From the NCBI GenBank assembly GCA_009914755.4, contig CP068257.2, positions 27,584,001 to 27,648,000 on the forward strand: a stretch of DNA of 64,000 nucleotides, given 5' to 3'. This DNA is from the human T2T-CHM13v2.0 reference genome, Homo sapiens. The position numbers and the translations under genes were made by a program. Shown here piece by piece: positions 27,640-40,541 of the stretch; the stretch's first letter is position 1; every line of letters starts with the position of its first letter. Under the pieces are notes generated by a model. It had not been told where the DNA came from. It made no database searches and saw nothing but the letters and a program-made list of their open reading frames with translations.

Positions 27640-27790
27640 GGCATTGTATAGATTTTCCCCACTATCTACACATCAGACTGTGAGGTGGGTAGAAGGGCAT
27701 GATGGCCATTTCACAGATAAGAAAGCCAAGTTAAAATTAGTTGCACAAAGTTATAGCTTACAGCGACAGAATTGGCCCATGAATTCATTA
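27640..27790 (-). mobile_element. MIR SINE fragment
   Basis: ggccatttcacagataagaaagccaagttaaaattagttgcacaaagttatagcttacagcgacagaattgg resembles the MIR reverse complement (cattttacagatgaggaaactgaggctcagagaggttaagtaacttgcccaaggtcacacagctagtaag). Confidence 0.4.
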
Positions 27791-28170
27791 CCCTTTCATT
27801 CCACTACAGTATCAGTCAAATTTTAAAAACAAGCCCAAAAATATATTTCCATATATGTTTTATTTTCATCCTAGGATTTTGAGCTGTCTTGTTAATATTA
27901 ATTTATTTAAATTTCATAGGAAGAATACTATTGAAGTTTCTATTACTACTTCTGAGTGACTGTATGCTAAAAGGGAATGATATGACTTGCAAATATGTTT
28001 TGAGGAATGTTCTATGAATATGCCTAAAATTCATGGTTTCTACCCAATTAAAATTTTGTATTCATGTGAAATAGTTTAAGAAAGAGAAAATATACCACAT
28101 ATTTTTATTTGATGATTTTTAACAATTATGAAGAAAAAATTGATGAGAAAAAGTACAGACTATACTCTTA

Positions 28171-28457
28171 GATTTTTTTCTTTTTCTTTTGTTTGTCCTG
28201 TTTTGTTTTGAGACAGGGTGTTGCTCTGTCTCCCAGGCTGTAGTGCCATCATGGTTCATTGCATGCAGCCTTGACCTCCTGGGGTCAAGTGATCCTTCCG
28301 CCACAGCCTTCCGAGTAGCTGGGACTACAGGTGCATGCCACCATGCCTGGCTAATTTTTATTTTTATTTTTATTTTTGTAGAAGCAGGGTCTCACTATGT
28401 TGACCAGGCTGGTCTCTAACTCCTGAGATTACAGGCAGGAGCCACCACGACCAGCCC
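28171..28457 (-). mobile_element. Alu (older, AluJ-like with internal deletion), minus orientation, about 14-bp TSD
   Basis: T-rich run, then gagacagggtgttgctctgtctcccaggctgtagtgccatcatgg...ccgagtagctgggactacaggtgcatgccaccatgcctggctaatttttattttt...ggtctctaactcctgagattacaggcaggagccaccacgaccagccc; TSD agactatactctta / agactataatctta. Confidence 0.8.
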
Positions 28458-28857
28458 AGACTATAATCTTAAATACATTTTTCAAATATGTGTTAAGAAC
28501 TAGTTGTGCGCAGGCTACTTTGCTAAAGAGTATCTGTTCATTGGAATGTTCAGTTTTGAGAAAATAATTATTTTATAGGCTTATCAATGGCCATTATCTT
28601 GAGTAAACTAAAATATTTACATTAATGATCTTGAGAGGAGATTGACAACAAAGAGCCAGGTTATAGAGCAATCTTCTCTTGAGCCTGGATTTGTTCGGAT
28701 GAATGATTACATAATGATGTCCAGTGGGAATCGCAGGATGTGACAGCTGTTTGACAGCCTGTCAATTTTACAAATGAAGCAACTGAAGCCAAGTGAAGTT
28801 ATGTCTTGCTCAAGCTTCTAAGGATAAGCTGAGTCTGAAACCTAGATTTTCTTTTAT

Positions 28858-29360
28858 TTTTCTTTATTTTAATTTTTATAGATTTAGGAGACACAAGTGC
28901 AATTATGTCACATCAATATAGTGTATGGTGGTGAAGTCTGAGCTTTTAGTGTAACCATCACCTGAATTGTGTACATTGTACCCATTAAGTAATTTTCATC
29001 CGTCACCCCCTTCCCACCCTTCCACCTTTCTGAGTCTGCAGTGTCTACTCTTCTATTCTTTATGTCCACGTACGCACATCATTTAGGCCCCACTTATAAG
29101 TGAGAACATGCAGTATTTGACTTTCTGAGTTATTTCACTTAAGATAATAGACTCTAGTTCCATCCATGTTGCTGCAAAAGACTTGATTTCATTCTTTTTT
29201 ATGGCTGAATAATATTCCATGGTGTGTGTGTGTGTGTCACATTTTCTTTATCCAGTCATCCCTTGACGGACATTTAGGTTGATTTCATATCCTTGATATT
29301 GTGACTAGTGCTTCAATAAACATACAAGTGCAAGTATATTTTGATATGATGATTTCAGGT
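28858..29360 (+). mobile_element. L1 fragment (ORF2 3' region), older subfamily; contains a (GT)8 microsatellite at 29221-29238
   Basis: ..ccccacttataagtgagaacatgcagtatttgactttctgagttatttcacttaagataatagactctagttccatccatgttgctgcaaaagacttgatttcattcttttttatggctgaataatattccatggtgtgtgtgtgtgtgtcacattttctttatccagtcatcccttgacggacatttaggttgatttcatatccttgatattgtgactagtgcttcaataaacatacaagtgcaagtatattttgatatgatgatttc. Confidence 0.6.
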
Positions 29361-31109
29361 TTTCTGATAGTAAGCCATTTGCTGGTTTTAGCAAACCCTA
29401 GGATCTCTTCTAAAGGAAAATTTCTCCACCTGGCAGCTTTGCAAAATTTATTCAGGGAAATTAATTTCAGGTTGGCCACTCCCAAGGCTATGCTTCTGCA
29501 GAGAAGAAGTTGGATGTGCTTCTGAGGTATATTTTTTCCCCATCAAGAAATAACACAGGAAATTATAGTAACACATTTTACGTTTAAAATTCATATTTTA
29601 AATTGATTGTACAAGGTGAAAATGGGAAATATTTCTTCACTTGTCTTAAGAATGTCCATATGAAGATTTCTCATACTTTAAAATTTTTATGATAAAGGTG
29701 AAGAAATGTAGCCAGTAAGCTTTGATTTGACCTCTGGTAACAATGCATGTTTCACCATTTTCCAAACTGGGAAACTGGTTTATGTCCTACCTTTCAATTC
29801 CTTATAACTCTACATTTCTTGAGTTAATCAAAAGTAAAAATTGTCCAATGTTATTTCATGTAGTATTCAATTACTATTTCCCATTGACTGTACAATGATT
29901 TTTGTTCACATATAGAAAATAGCTAAAAGTGGGATACATATTGTTGAATGATTATTTTTTCTAATAGAACTTTTGTCTTTTGGTTACATGAACTTCTATT
30001 TTGAGTTTCCAGATAATTTAATTTTTATTTATCTTTAATTTTTTATTTTTATCTATTATTTTAGTAACAGACATTAAGCTTCCTATTGAACATCTCCTAT
30101 TTTCAGTCTATTTACTATTAGATACAGAGACACTGAATCTTTATTCATAAGAGGAAGAGCTTATTTCCTCATTTTTGTCATAGTTCCCAAAGTGCTTTTT
30201 TTAGATGATTTCGTTTCTTCTTCCAAGAAGAAAATTGGTCAACCTTCCTTTAAAAGTTATATTGTACATCAAGTGTTCTGATGTTTCATTGAGTCATAAA
30301 TGAGAAACAGAATTTATTATAACATAGCTTTCATTCTGTGTGGAGAGCTGTGTGGGTGGGTATTAGCATTATTTATTTATTTATTTATTTTTTAAAAAGA
30401 CAAACTCTCCTTTATTCTCCTGTTCCAGATTCTATAAATCTGGAGTTCCATCTGAGCTCCTGAAATCATGTAATTTATATCCATCTCTGCTTTCCTGATA
30501 AGAAGGCTATATGCAGAGATTTTTAGAACAAGACTTGTTCAGCTTGAGCTAGAACTAAAATTTTTATTTATTTTCACACTTAAAGTAAACCTTTCCAGCT
30601 TTCAAATTTTTTTTCCTATAATCTGATTATTTGGTGAAGAATAAAAATAAGAAGCCAGAACTTTGTTTTTAAAAAGCATTAAGTATGAGTATGTATTTAA
30701 AAAAAAAATTCAGTAATGATTGATAGTGATATCTATTTTACCATAGTGACATTGAAGAGGTTTTAATATCTTACTGTATTAGGTATTCTCAAATATTTTC
30801 AACTTTAAACCTTCAAAATTCATTCAGAAATTATTTACGTGTCTTCTTTATGATTAGGATTCTGTATAAGAATTCATTTGAAAGAGATTCCCACTTCTTT
30901 AAAAATTTGAAACCATCACTTAGAAGACTTTCTTTTTCCATTGTAAAGTACCACATTTTTATTAACAATATTTAGAACACATAAAAGACTTAAAACATGC
31001 CAATGATCCCAGCTATACACAACCACTGTTGATGTGTAGTATTTCTTTTTCTTTTCTTAAACATTTTCTCCCCTCTATATGTTTTTACTTATTGATTGGT
31101 TAAACTTCA

Positions 31110-32045
31110 ACTTTTATTTTAGACACAGGAGGTCCATGTGCAGATTTGTTACATGGCTATATTTCATCCAGGTAATAAGCATAGTACCTAATAGGTAGTT
31201 TTTCAATCCACACTCTCTCCCTCTCCCTCTCCATCTCTAGTAGTCCACAGTGTCTCTTTTTTCCCTGTTTATGTCCATGTGTGCTCAATGTTTAGCTCCC
31301 ACTTGTAAGTGAGAGCATGTGGTATTTGGTTTTCTGTTCCTGCATTAGTTTGCTTAGGATTATGGCCTCCAGCTCTGTCCATGTTCCTGTGAAAGACATG
31401 ATGTCATTCTTTTTTATGGCTGCATAGTATTCCATGGTATGTAGGTATTGCATTTTCTTTGTCTAATCCACCACTGATGGGCATCTAGGTTGATTCCATG
31501 TCTTTGCTATTGTGAATAGTGTAGTGATGAACATATGAGTGCATGTGTCTTTTGAGTATAATGATCTTATTTTCCTTTAGGTATACACCCAGTAATGGGA
31601 TTGCTAGGTTGAACAGTAGCTCTGTTTTAAGTTCTTAGAGAAATCTCTGAACTGCTTTCCACAGTGGCTTAACTAATTTTCAGTTCCACCAACAGTGTAT
31701 GTGTTCTTTTTTCTTTGCAGCCTTCCAGAATTTTCTTTTTGACTTTTTAATAATAACCATTCTGACTGGTTTGTGATGATATTTCACTGTGGTTTTGATT
31801 TGCATTTATCTGATGATCTGTGATGATGAGTATTTTTTCATAGTTTGTTGGCTGCTTGTATATCTTCTTTTGAGAAGTATCTGTTCATCTCCTTTGCCAG
31901 TTTTTTAATGGAATTTTTTTTTGTTGTTGATTTAAGTTCCTAATAGATTTTGGATATTAGACTTTTGCTGAATGCACAGTTTGCAAATATTTTCTCCCAT
32001 TCTGTAGGGTGTCTGTTTACTTTATTGGTAGTTTCTTTTGCTTCT
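31110..32045 (+). mobile_element. L1 fragment (ORF2 3' region), independent copy covering the same L1 segment as 28858-29360
   Basis: ggaggtccatgtgcagatttgttacatggctatatttcatccaggtaataagcatagtacctaataggtag...agctcccacttgtaagtgagagcatgtggtatttggttttctgttcctgcattagtttgcttaggattatggcctccagctc...ttttttatggctgcatagtattccatggtatgt...gattccatgtctttgctattgtgaatagtgtagtgatgaacat...ccaccaacagtgtatgtgttc...ccattctgactggtttgtgatgatatttcactgtggttttgatttgcatttatctgatgatctgtgatgatgagtattttttcatagtttgttggctgcttgtatatcttcttttgagaagtatctgttcatctcctttgccagttttttaatgg...cagtttgcaaatattttctcccattctgtagggtgtctgtttactttattggtagtttcttttgcttc. Confidence 0.7.
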
Positions 32046-32379
32046 CCGTATATATATTTTTAAAACATTTTGATAATTATAGTATATATGTATTTTTCCA
32101 TGCCTTAATTTTATATGTATTTTCCATAGAATTATTATATCAGTATTATCATATCTCTGGGAAAGAGATAGGTGCCAAGATGGTTTTTCATAGATGCCTA
32201 GCTAATTATTTGAAAGTATGATTTGTATATGATTTGATTTGGCAATGGCATGATAATTCATAGAGCTTGTCATCATTAATCCGGAATGCTATCTTTATTA
32301 TATACTAGATTCTCAAAGGAATTTGGGTCTATTTCTATACTTTGTTTTCTTCTATTGGTTTATCTCTCTGGTGGTAGCA

Positions 32380-32962
32380 GGCAGATTTGTACGATGATCC
32401 CTGCCTCCTGGTATTCATACCCGTGTGTAATCCCCTCCCCTTGAATGTGGGCTGGACCCAGTGATTTGCTTCTAATGAACTGAATACTGAAAAATTGATG
32501 AGATGTCACTTCTGCAATTAGATTACAAAAACTGAGACCTCCATCCTACTGGTACTCTGTTGCTCTCTCTCTCGTCCTCTCACTTGCTTGCTCTGCTAAA
32601 GCCACCTGCCATGTTGTGAGTTGCCCTGTGGAGAAACTCATGTGCCAAGAGAATGAGCAAGATCGCTAGCCAACAGCTGAGGAGGAACCGAGGTCATCAG
32701 TTCAACAGCCTGAAAGGAACTGAATCCTTCCGACAACCAAGTGAGTGAGCTTGGAAGCAGGTCTTACCCTAGTTGAGCCTTGAGATGACTGTGGCCCCAG
32801 TAGACACGTTGATTGCAGCCTTGTGAAACACCCATAGTCAGAGAACTCAGCTAAATCATGCCCTGATTCCTGACCCACAAAACTATGAGATAATAGGTGT
32901 GTGTTGTTTTAAGCCAATATGTTTTGGGGAAATTTGTTATGCAGCAATAATTAACTAACACA
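32380..32962 (+). mobile_element. LTR-like interspersed repeat (ERVL/MER-type), family not assigned
   Basis: Shares long motifs with 56440-56982 (..gagtgagc.tggaagcag..gatgactgtggcccc..cttgattgcagcc../..cttgactacaacctcatgagagac; cctgacccacaaaactatgagataataggtg.tgttgttttaagcc..tttgttatgcagcaataattaactaacaca). Ends ..aactaacaca, like the THE1 ..actaataca terminus. Confidence 0.35.
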
Positions 32963-33964
32963 GTAATCCTGCCACAAAATGCTTTAGTTCCTGTAGTCTT
33001 ATATGCTTTGATATTTGATAAAAATAGTTCTGCCTCATCTTATTTTTTCCACATTTTTTCCATTTAATCTTCCAGGCGAACTTATTATAATTTTTTCAAA
33101 TACCTCCCGAATTCCTGTTGCTTTTTTTGAATTTTTGAAAGTTGATTTGATAATTTTAGAGTTTTGAGTTTTTCTATATGGGGACATTTACTCAATTCTG
33201 CTTTTATGTCTCTTCAGTAAAGTTGTAATATTTTCTTTTTATTTGTCCTGTATGTTAACTGCTAAGATGATTTCTAATTATTTTTGTCTTGTTATTATGG
33301 GGTTTTGTTTAATCCTTTTTTTCTTATTATGATTTTGTAGATAGGTAAACTACTCATTTTTGTAAATAACATTTTTAACCAGCCACATTATTTTATCCTT
33401 TTACGCAGTCCTGTAATCTCCAAATTATGACAATTATGCATCTTCTTTTCTAGTACATATACTCTCCTTATTTATTTTTATTTGCTTGCATTAAATTTTA
33501 CTTCCAGAACAATGGACAATAATTGTGATAGCACCATTGTTTCGTTTGTGAAATTTGAATGGAAAATCGAAAGTTTACTGTTAAATTTGTTGCTAGCTTT
33601 TGATGTGATTAAGTGTAAGAACTGATCAATTTTGCTTTGTGTCAGAAATGGGTGTTGTATTTTATGTCATTTCTGCATTTATTGAGATATTTACCTGATT
33701 TTTTATGTGAACTACTAAAATTAGAAGTTATATAATAGATTCTCTAATGTTCACCAATGTAGCGACTACATAATATTTCATCAGGTGAAAAGCATTATAG
33801 CTCATATACCTATGCAAGCCAGTTTTTGCTTTTGTAAACACCTATTTGACAAACATATTTACATAGACAACTTTATCCTTTGTTAAAAATAATAATGGGT
33901 AACACATGGAAATGTCTGTATCTCAGGTACTTTACAATCTTTCTATTTACTAACTCATTTTTTA

Positions 33965-34059
33965 ACAATTACAATCACCTTATGAAATAGGTATTATTAT
34001 GATATCCATTTTACAGATGAGATAACTGAGGCACAGAGAAGTTAAATAACTTGCCCAAG
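33965..34059 (-). mobile_element. MIR SINE, left part, interrupted by the THE1 insertion
   Basis: gtattattatgatatccattttacagatgagataactgaggcacagagaagttaaataacttgcccaag is the MIR reverse complement; continues at 36342. Confidence 0.55.
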
Positions 34060-36341
34060 TATATTAGTCCATTTTCACACTGCTGATAAAGACATACCTG
34101 AGACTGGGAAGAAAAAGAGATTTAATTGGACTTACAGTTCCACATGGCTGGGGAGGCCTCAGAATCATGGAGGAGGTGAGAGGCACTCTTACATGGCAGA
34201 GGCAAGAGAAAAATGAGGAAGATGCAGAAGGGAAAACCTCTGATATAACCATCAGATCTCGTGAGACTTATTCAATACCATGAGAACAGTATGGGGGAAC
34301 TGCCCCCATTATTCAAATTATCTCCCACTGGGTCCCTCCCACAACATGTGAGAATTACGGGAGTCCAATTCAAGATGAGACTTGGGTGGGGATACAGAAT
34401 CAACCCATATCATTCCACCTCTGGCCTCTTCAAATCTCATGTCCTCACATTTCAAAACCAATCATGCCTTCCCAACAGTCCCTCAAAGTCTTAAGTCATT
34501 TCAGCATTAACCTGAAAGTCCACAGTCCAACTCATCTGATACAAGGGAAGTCTCTTCCACCTATGAGCCTGTAAAATCAAAAGCAAGCTAGTTACTTCCT
34601 AGATACAATGGGATACAGATATTGGGTAAATATAGTCATTCCAAATGGGAGAAATTGGCCAGAACAAAGGGGTTACAGGGCCCATGCAAGTCTGAAATCC
34701 AGCAGGGCAGTAAAATTTTAAAGCTCCAAAATGATCTCCTTTGATTCCATATCTCACATCCAGGTCATGCTGATGCAAGAGGTAGGTTCCCATAGGCTTG
34801 GGCAGCTCTGCCCTTGTGGCTTTGCAGGGTACAACCCCCCTTCTGGCTGCTTTCACGGGCTAGCATTGAGCGTCTATGGCTTTTCCAGGTGCACAGGGCA
34901 GGCTGTCATTGAATCTCCCATTTTGGGGTTTGGAGGACAGTAACCCTCTTCTCACAGCTCCACTAGGTGGTGCACCAGTAGGCACTCTGTGTGGGGGCTC
35001 TGACTCCACATTTCCCTTCTGTACTGCCCTGGCAGAGATTCTCCATGTGGGCCCCACCTGTGTAGCAAACTTTTGCCTGGGCATCCAGGCGTTTCCATGC
35101 ATCTTCTGAAATCTAGGAGGAGGTTCCCAAACCTCAATTCTTGACTTCTGTGCAACTGCAGGCTCAACACCATGTGGAAACTGCCAAGGTTTGGGGCTTG
35201 CACCCTCTGAAAACATGGGCCAAGCTGTATGTTGGACCCTTTTAGCAATGGCTGGAGTGGCTGTGACACAGGGCACCAAGTCCCTATGCTGCACACAGCA
35301 TGAGGACCCTGGGCCCAGCCCATGAAACCATTTTTTCCTCCTATGCTTCTGGGTCTGCGATGGGAGGGGCTGCCATGAAAACCTATGACATGCCCTGGAG
35401 ACATGTTCCCCATTGTCTTGGGGATTCACATTCAACTTTTTGTTACTTATGCAAATTTATGCAGCCAGGTTGAATTTCTCCTCAAAAAAATGGGTTTTCC
35501 TTTTCTACTGCATCATCAGGCTGCAAATTTTCTGAGCTTTTATGCTCTGTTTCCCTTTCAAAATGGAATGCTTTTAACAGCACCCAAGTCACCTCTTGAA
35601 TGCTTCTCTGCTTAGAAATTTCTTTCACCAGATACTCTAAATCATCTCTCTCAAGTTCAAAGTTCCACAAATCTTTAGGGCAGGGGCAAAATGCCACTAG
35701 TTTCTTTGGTAAAACATAACAAGAGTCAACTTTGCTCCCGTTCCTAACAAGTTCTTCAGCTCCATCTGAGGTCACCTCAGCCTGCTTCTTATTGTTCATA
35801 TCACTATCAGCATTTTTGTCAAAGCCATTCAACAAATCTCTAGGAGGTTTCAAACTTTCCTACATTTTCCTGTCTTCTTCTGAGCCCTCTAAACTGTTCC
35901 AACCTCTGCCTGTTACCCAGTTCCAAAGTTGCTTCCACATTTTCAGGTATCTTTTCAGCAACACCCCACTCCTGGTACCAACTTACTGTATTAGTCCATT
36001 TTCACACTGCTGATAAAGGCATACCTGAGACTAGGAAGAAAAAAAGGTTTAATTGGACTTACAGTTCCACATGGCTGGGGAAGCCTCAAAATCATGGTGG
36101 GAGGCAAAAGCCACTTCTTACCTGGTGGTGGCAAGAGAAAAATGAGGAAGATGCAAAAGTGGAGACTCCTGATAAAACCATCAGCTCTCATGAGACTTAT
36201 TCACTACCACAAGAACAGTATGGGGGAACCACACCCATGATTCAAATTATGTCCCACCAGGTCCCTCCCACAACCTGTGAGAATTATGGGAGTACAATTC
36301 AAGATGAGATTTGGGTGGGGACACAGAGCCAAACCATATCA
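34060..36341 (-). mobile_element. Full-length THE1-class ERVL-MaLR retrotransposon (5'LTR-internal-3'LTR, about 2.28 kb), reverse orientation, with 5-bp TSD CCAAG
   Basis: LTR copies at 34060-34412 and 35991-36341 (both tattagtccattttcacactgctgataaag...ccatcag.tctc.tgagacttattca.tacca..agaacagtatgggggaac...caattcaagatgagatttgggtgggga.acaga..caa.ccatatca, roughly 88-90% identical to each other). They bracket about 1.58 kb of THE1-internal sequence. ccaag lies immediately before (34055-34059) and after (36342-36346), and MIR sequence continues on both flanks. Confidence 0.85.
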
Positions 36342-36425
36342 CCAAGTAAGTGTCAGAACCAAGATACAAATCAGGTAGACTGGGCCTTGTTACAAACTAG
36401 ACAATGGCCACTACCACAGTCAAAA
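36342..36425 (-). mobile_element. MIR SINE, right part, continuing after the THE1 insertion
   Basis: ccaagtaagtgtcagaaccaagatacaaatcaggtagactgggcc resembles the MIR reverse complement cccaaggtcacacagctagtaagtggcagagccaggattcgaacccaggcagtctgac. Confidence 0.5.
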
Positions 36426-36519
36426 TATAGAACATTTCCTTCACACCAAAAACTGTCTTCCAGCATTTATGCATTCAGTTTCCTATCCTGCCTAGCTGCA
36501 GGCAATCACTGATGTTTGC

Positions 36520-36850
36520 TTATCTCTATAGATTAGTTTTCTTGGACTTTCCTGTAAATAGAATCACATTGTAAGTCTTCTTTTACATCTAACTTGTTTT
36601 GGTCAGTATAATGTTTTTCAGATTCACTCATGTTGTTGCATATATCATTAGTTTGTTCCTTTTCCTTGTTAAATAGTATGCCATTGTATGGATTTACCAC
36701 AATTAGTTTATCTATTCACCTATAAATGGACACTTTGTTGGTTTTTCATTTTTAACTATTATAAATATAGCTGCTGTGAACATTTGTATACCCGTTTTGT
36801 GGACATGTTATTATTTCTTTTGGGTAAATAAGTAAGTGTATAACATGTCT
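36520..36850 (+). mobile_element. L1 fragment (3' ORF2/3'UTR region of an older L1)
   Basis: ..gttgttgcatatatcattagtttgttccttttccttgttaaatagtatgccattgtatggatttaccacaattagtttatctattcacctataaatggacactttgttggtttttcatttttaactattataaatatagctgctgtgaacatttgtataccc.. Confidence 0.5.
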
Positions 36851-37099
36851 TTGCTTACATCAATACTGGAATGTCTTGACTTCTAAATTCTCATAACCAC
36901 TCTTCTATTAAATTTTGCTTGTAAAAATATATAAACTACTATTAAAATTTTTAAGTTAATTCTTTTCAGACTCTGTCATCTCAGTGTTGTCATCTATTGC
37001 TTGCATTTTTCATTCAGCTCACGGCTTTCCTGGTTTTTTGTGTGACTAGTACTTTTTGATTAAAACCTGGATACTCAGAACACTTTCATCAAAAAACAA

Positions 37100-37920
<821 letters not shown>

Positions 37921-39492
37921 CTAAGTGTGCTGTATCCAATGAGCAATGATTCCTCCTCCTTCTCCTCTCCCCAACTCTTGTCCTCAACCTACTGTTTGCA
38001 TATACTGCATGGCATGTAGTTAAAATTGCCTACTTTATCCTGCACTGGGGCTTGGTGTTTAGGGGGAGTTCACATTCACTTGCCTACGGGTTGTAGATTT
38101 TCCCACACACTTGGCTGAAATTGGTTTGGCCTATTAGCTCTTTGATTCAGTGTTTTTTTCAGGTTCCTCCTTTTTTTGTACTACACCGTTTTCTGCTACC
38201 ACAATACTTCAAAATCTGACTATGTCATCTGTAATGTTTACTTTTCTGAAGGAAAGGTTCGCCACTCACTTCCTAGATAATATGCAATGATAAAAACTTG
38301 GCACAATTTATGACACTGGAACTGGCTACCGTTTTCTACTATGTGTCAATTCCTCTAACTCCAAGAACTGTTGTCCTCCTTTAAATGTATATCTTATGCT
38401 GTCCTAAGTTGGCTATGATGTTTGTAATCTGCTAGTACTTGAAGTAGCCATTGGGGCTTATGTAAGAAAGTGGCCTACTACTCACCTGTGGCAGATGGAA
38501 AAGAGGGGTACTGCTGCCAAAAAGCCCATCTGCTCCCATTGTCTGTGGACTATTTTCAAAGCAAGAGCTCATATGATTCACAGTCATCATCGCTCTAGGA
38601 AAATAAAAAGTTCAGCACATTGGAGCTACCAGCTGTAGGGGAGGGCATCCAATCACTTAGCTTCCCTATCCATTCTAGTGACAAAGGACGCTTTGAAATT
38701 ATATTTAACAAGATATATTATTTCAGGAAGTAACTATTGCTCTCTAAGCAGCATTTGCCTTAGCAGCCTTGAGCCATATGCTAACATATGAGTGTTGCAT
38801 AAGTTCATTTTGTGATCTTCGGTGAGTTAGATACTTTCCTAAATCTCCTTGTTAAAAATCTGTGAAATGGGGCTAATTATGCTAACACATCATGGCATGT
38901 TTGTAGGATTAGGTACTGACAAGATTTGTAAAGAGATTAGCCAATAAAAATCCTTACCATATATATATGCCTTCTATTTAGAAAAGATACCAAGTTCAAA
39001 ATATTTTTACTTATTACATGTACAAAAGAAATTAGAATCTTAAGCAAAGAGGCAAGGATGTGACCAACAGGTCACTTTTGAATGATAAAATTTTTGGTTT
39101 TGGCTTTCACATAAGTGCACAGACTCTGGCTTCTTCTTGCATATGGTAAATTGTTGTAAATGGTTTATTGAGAATTCTCAACATGATATGGCATAAACAG
39201 AAAACTTCTGTTTCAATGACTTCTTTCTCCCCAACTGCACTATAATTACCATCTCCTTTCTTGCTGGGTATATTCACTCTTACCAACATCTTGGTCAGAT
39301 TTTCTAACTTTTCGCTCTAGGTATTAGCTTGGACCTACTTAGGTACTTGCAAATTATCTGAGACTCTTTTACCATTGATAGGTAGTTTAGGTTTTCTCTC
39401 CTTGAGTCTGGGTGAATTTGGGGCTGCTTTAATCATCAGAGAACCACAGAAGTGATACTGTGTGACTTCTAAGGTTAGATCACAATATACTT

Positions 39493-39575
39493 GGTGACAT
39501 TTGTTATATATTATATAATATATATATAAACTTCCATATATATATATACATATATATATATATCTCCTATTAGTT
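39493..39575. repeat. AT/TA dinucleotide-rich simple repeat
   Basis: atatataatatatatataaacttccatatatatatatacatatatatatatatc. Confidence 0.75.
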
Positions 39576-40249
39576 CTGTCCCTCTAGAGAACCCTGACTA
39601 ATACAGCTACCACGAAAATCATCTGTGGTTTTTAAAAACCCAGTGATTTAACTTATGTGCATAATTAATGAATACCTATAATGTCCTGGGTGCTATGGTA
39701 GGCCTTTTACCTTTATTATTTAATCTTCATAACATTTATATAAAGCAACTTCTATTACCTGTCTCTTTCAGAGCAGGACACTGATAGTCTGGGAGGTTGC
39801 GTAACTTGCCTGAGTGGTGAAGTCAGGACTGCAGGATTTCTGTCTGACCTCGGAACCCATTGTCATTTCTCTATACCACCTGCCTCTTTGTTCAAGAATG
39901 TTAACATGTAATTCTCAAATCAAGTTTTTAAAAATACCTTGTTACTTAAATTGTAAAGTGGACAAAAGTCAGAGTTGCTGGAATTTTCCAAGGAAGTGAC
40001 CTTCATGTTTCCTATTTTGCCACTTTTCTTGGGGTAAATTTATTTTAAACTCCTCTTTAATCCTCACAACGTCCTTATGAAGTATGAAGGAGGAAAATAT
40101 CATTCTTTTTTCCAAGGACATTAGACTAAAGAACTTTAGAATGTGGCATAGTAGAAAAAGTATAGACTTTGGAGTCAGACAGAAGCTCTAATCCTGACAG
40201 ATGCTAAAAATCTAAGTACTTTCAGGAAACTTTCTAAATAGTGCTCTTT

Positions 40250-40541
40250 GGCCAGGTGCGGTGTCTTACGCCTGTAATCCCAACACTTTGGGAGGCCAAG
40301 GCAGGCAGATCACTTGAGGTCAGGAGTTCAAGATCAGCCTGGCCAACATGGTGAAACCCCTTCTCTACTAAAAATACAAAAATTGGCCGGGCATGGTGGC
40401 ATGCGCCTGTAGTCCCAGTTACCTGGGAGGCTGAGGCAGGAGATTCTCTTGAACTCGGGGGCGAAGGTTGCAGTGAGCTGAGAGTGTGCCATTGCACTCC
40501 AGCCTGGGCAACAGAGTGAGACTCCACCTCCCCCCGCCAAC
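40250..40541 (+). mobile_element. Full-length Alu (AluS-like), short tail, about 13-bp TSD
   Basis: ggccaggtgcggtgtcttacgcctgtaatcccaacactttgggaggccaaggcaggcagatcacttgaggtcaggagttcaagatcagcctggccaacatggtgaaacccc...gagactccacctccccccgccaacaaa; TSD aaatagtgc(t)cttt before and aaatagtgccttt after. Confidence 0.9.

Noticed and set aside
34860-35435. 191-aa minus-strand ORF (longest in the track besides 13112-13690)
   Set aside because: It lies wholly inside the THE1 internal region, which is non-autonomous MaLR sequence with no known coding capacity. It has no start context and no homolog that I recognise.
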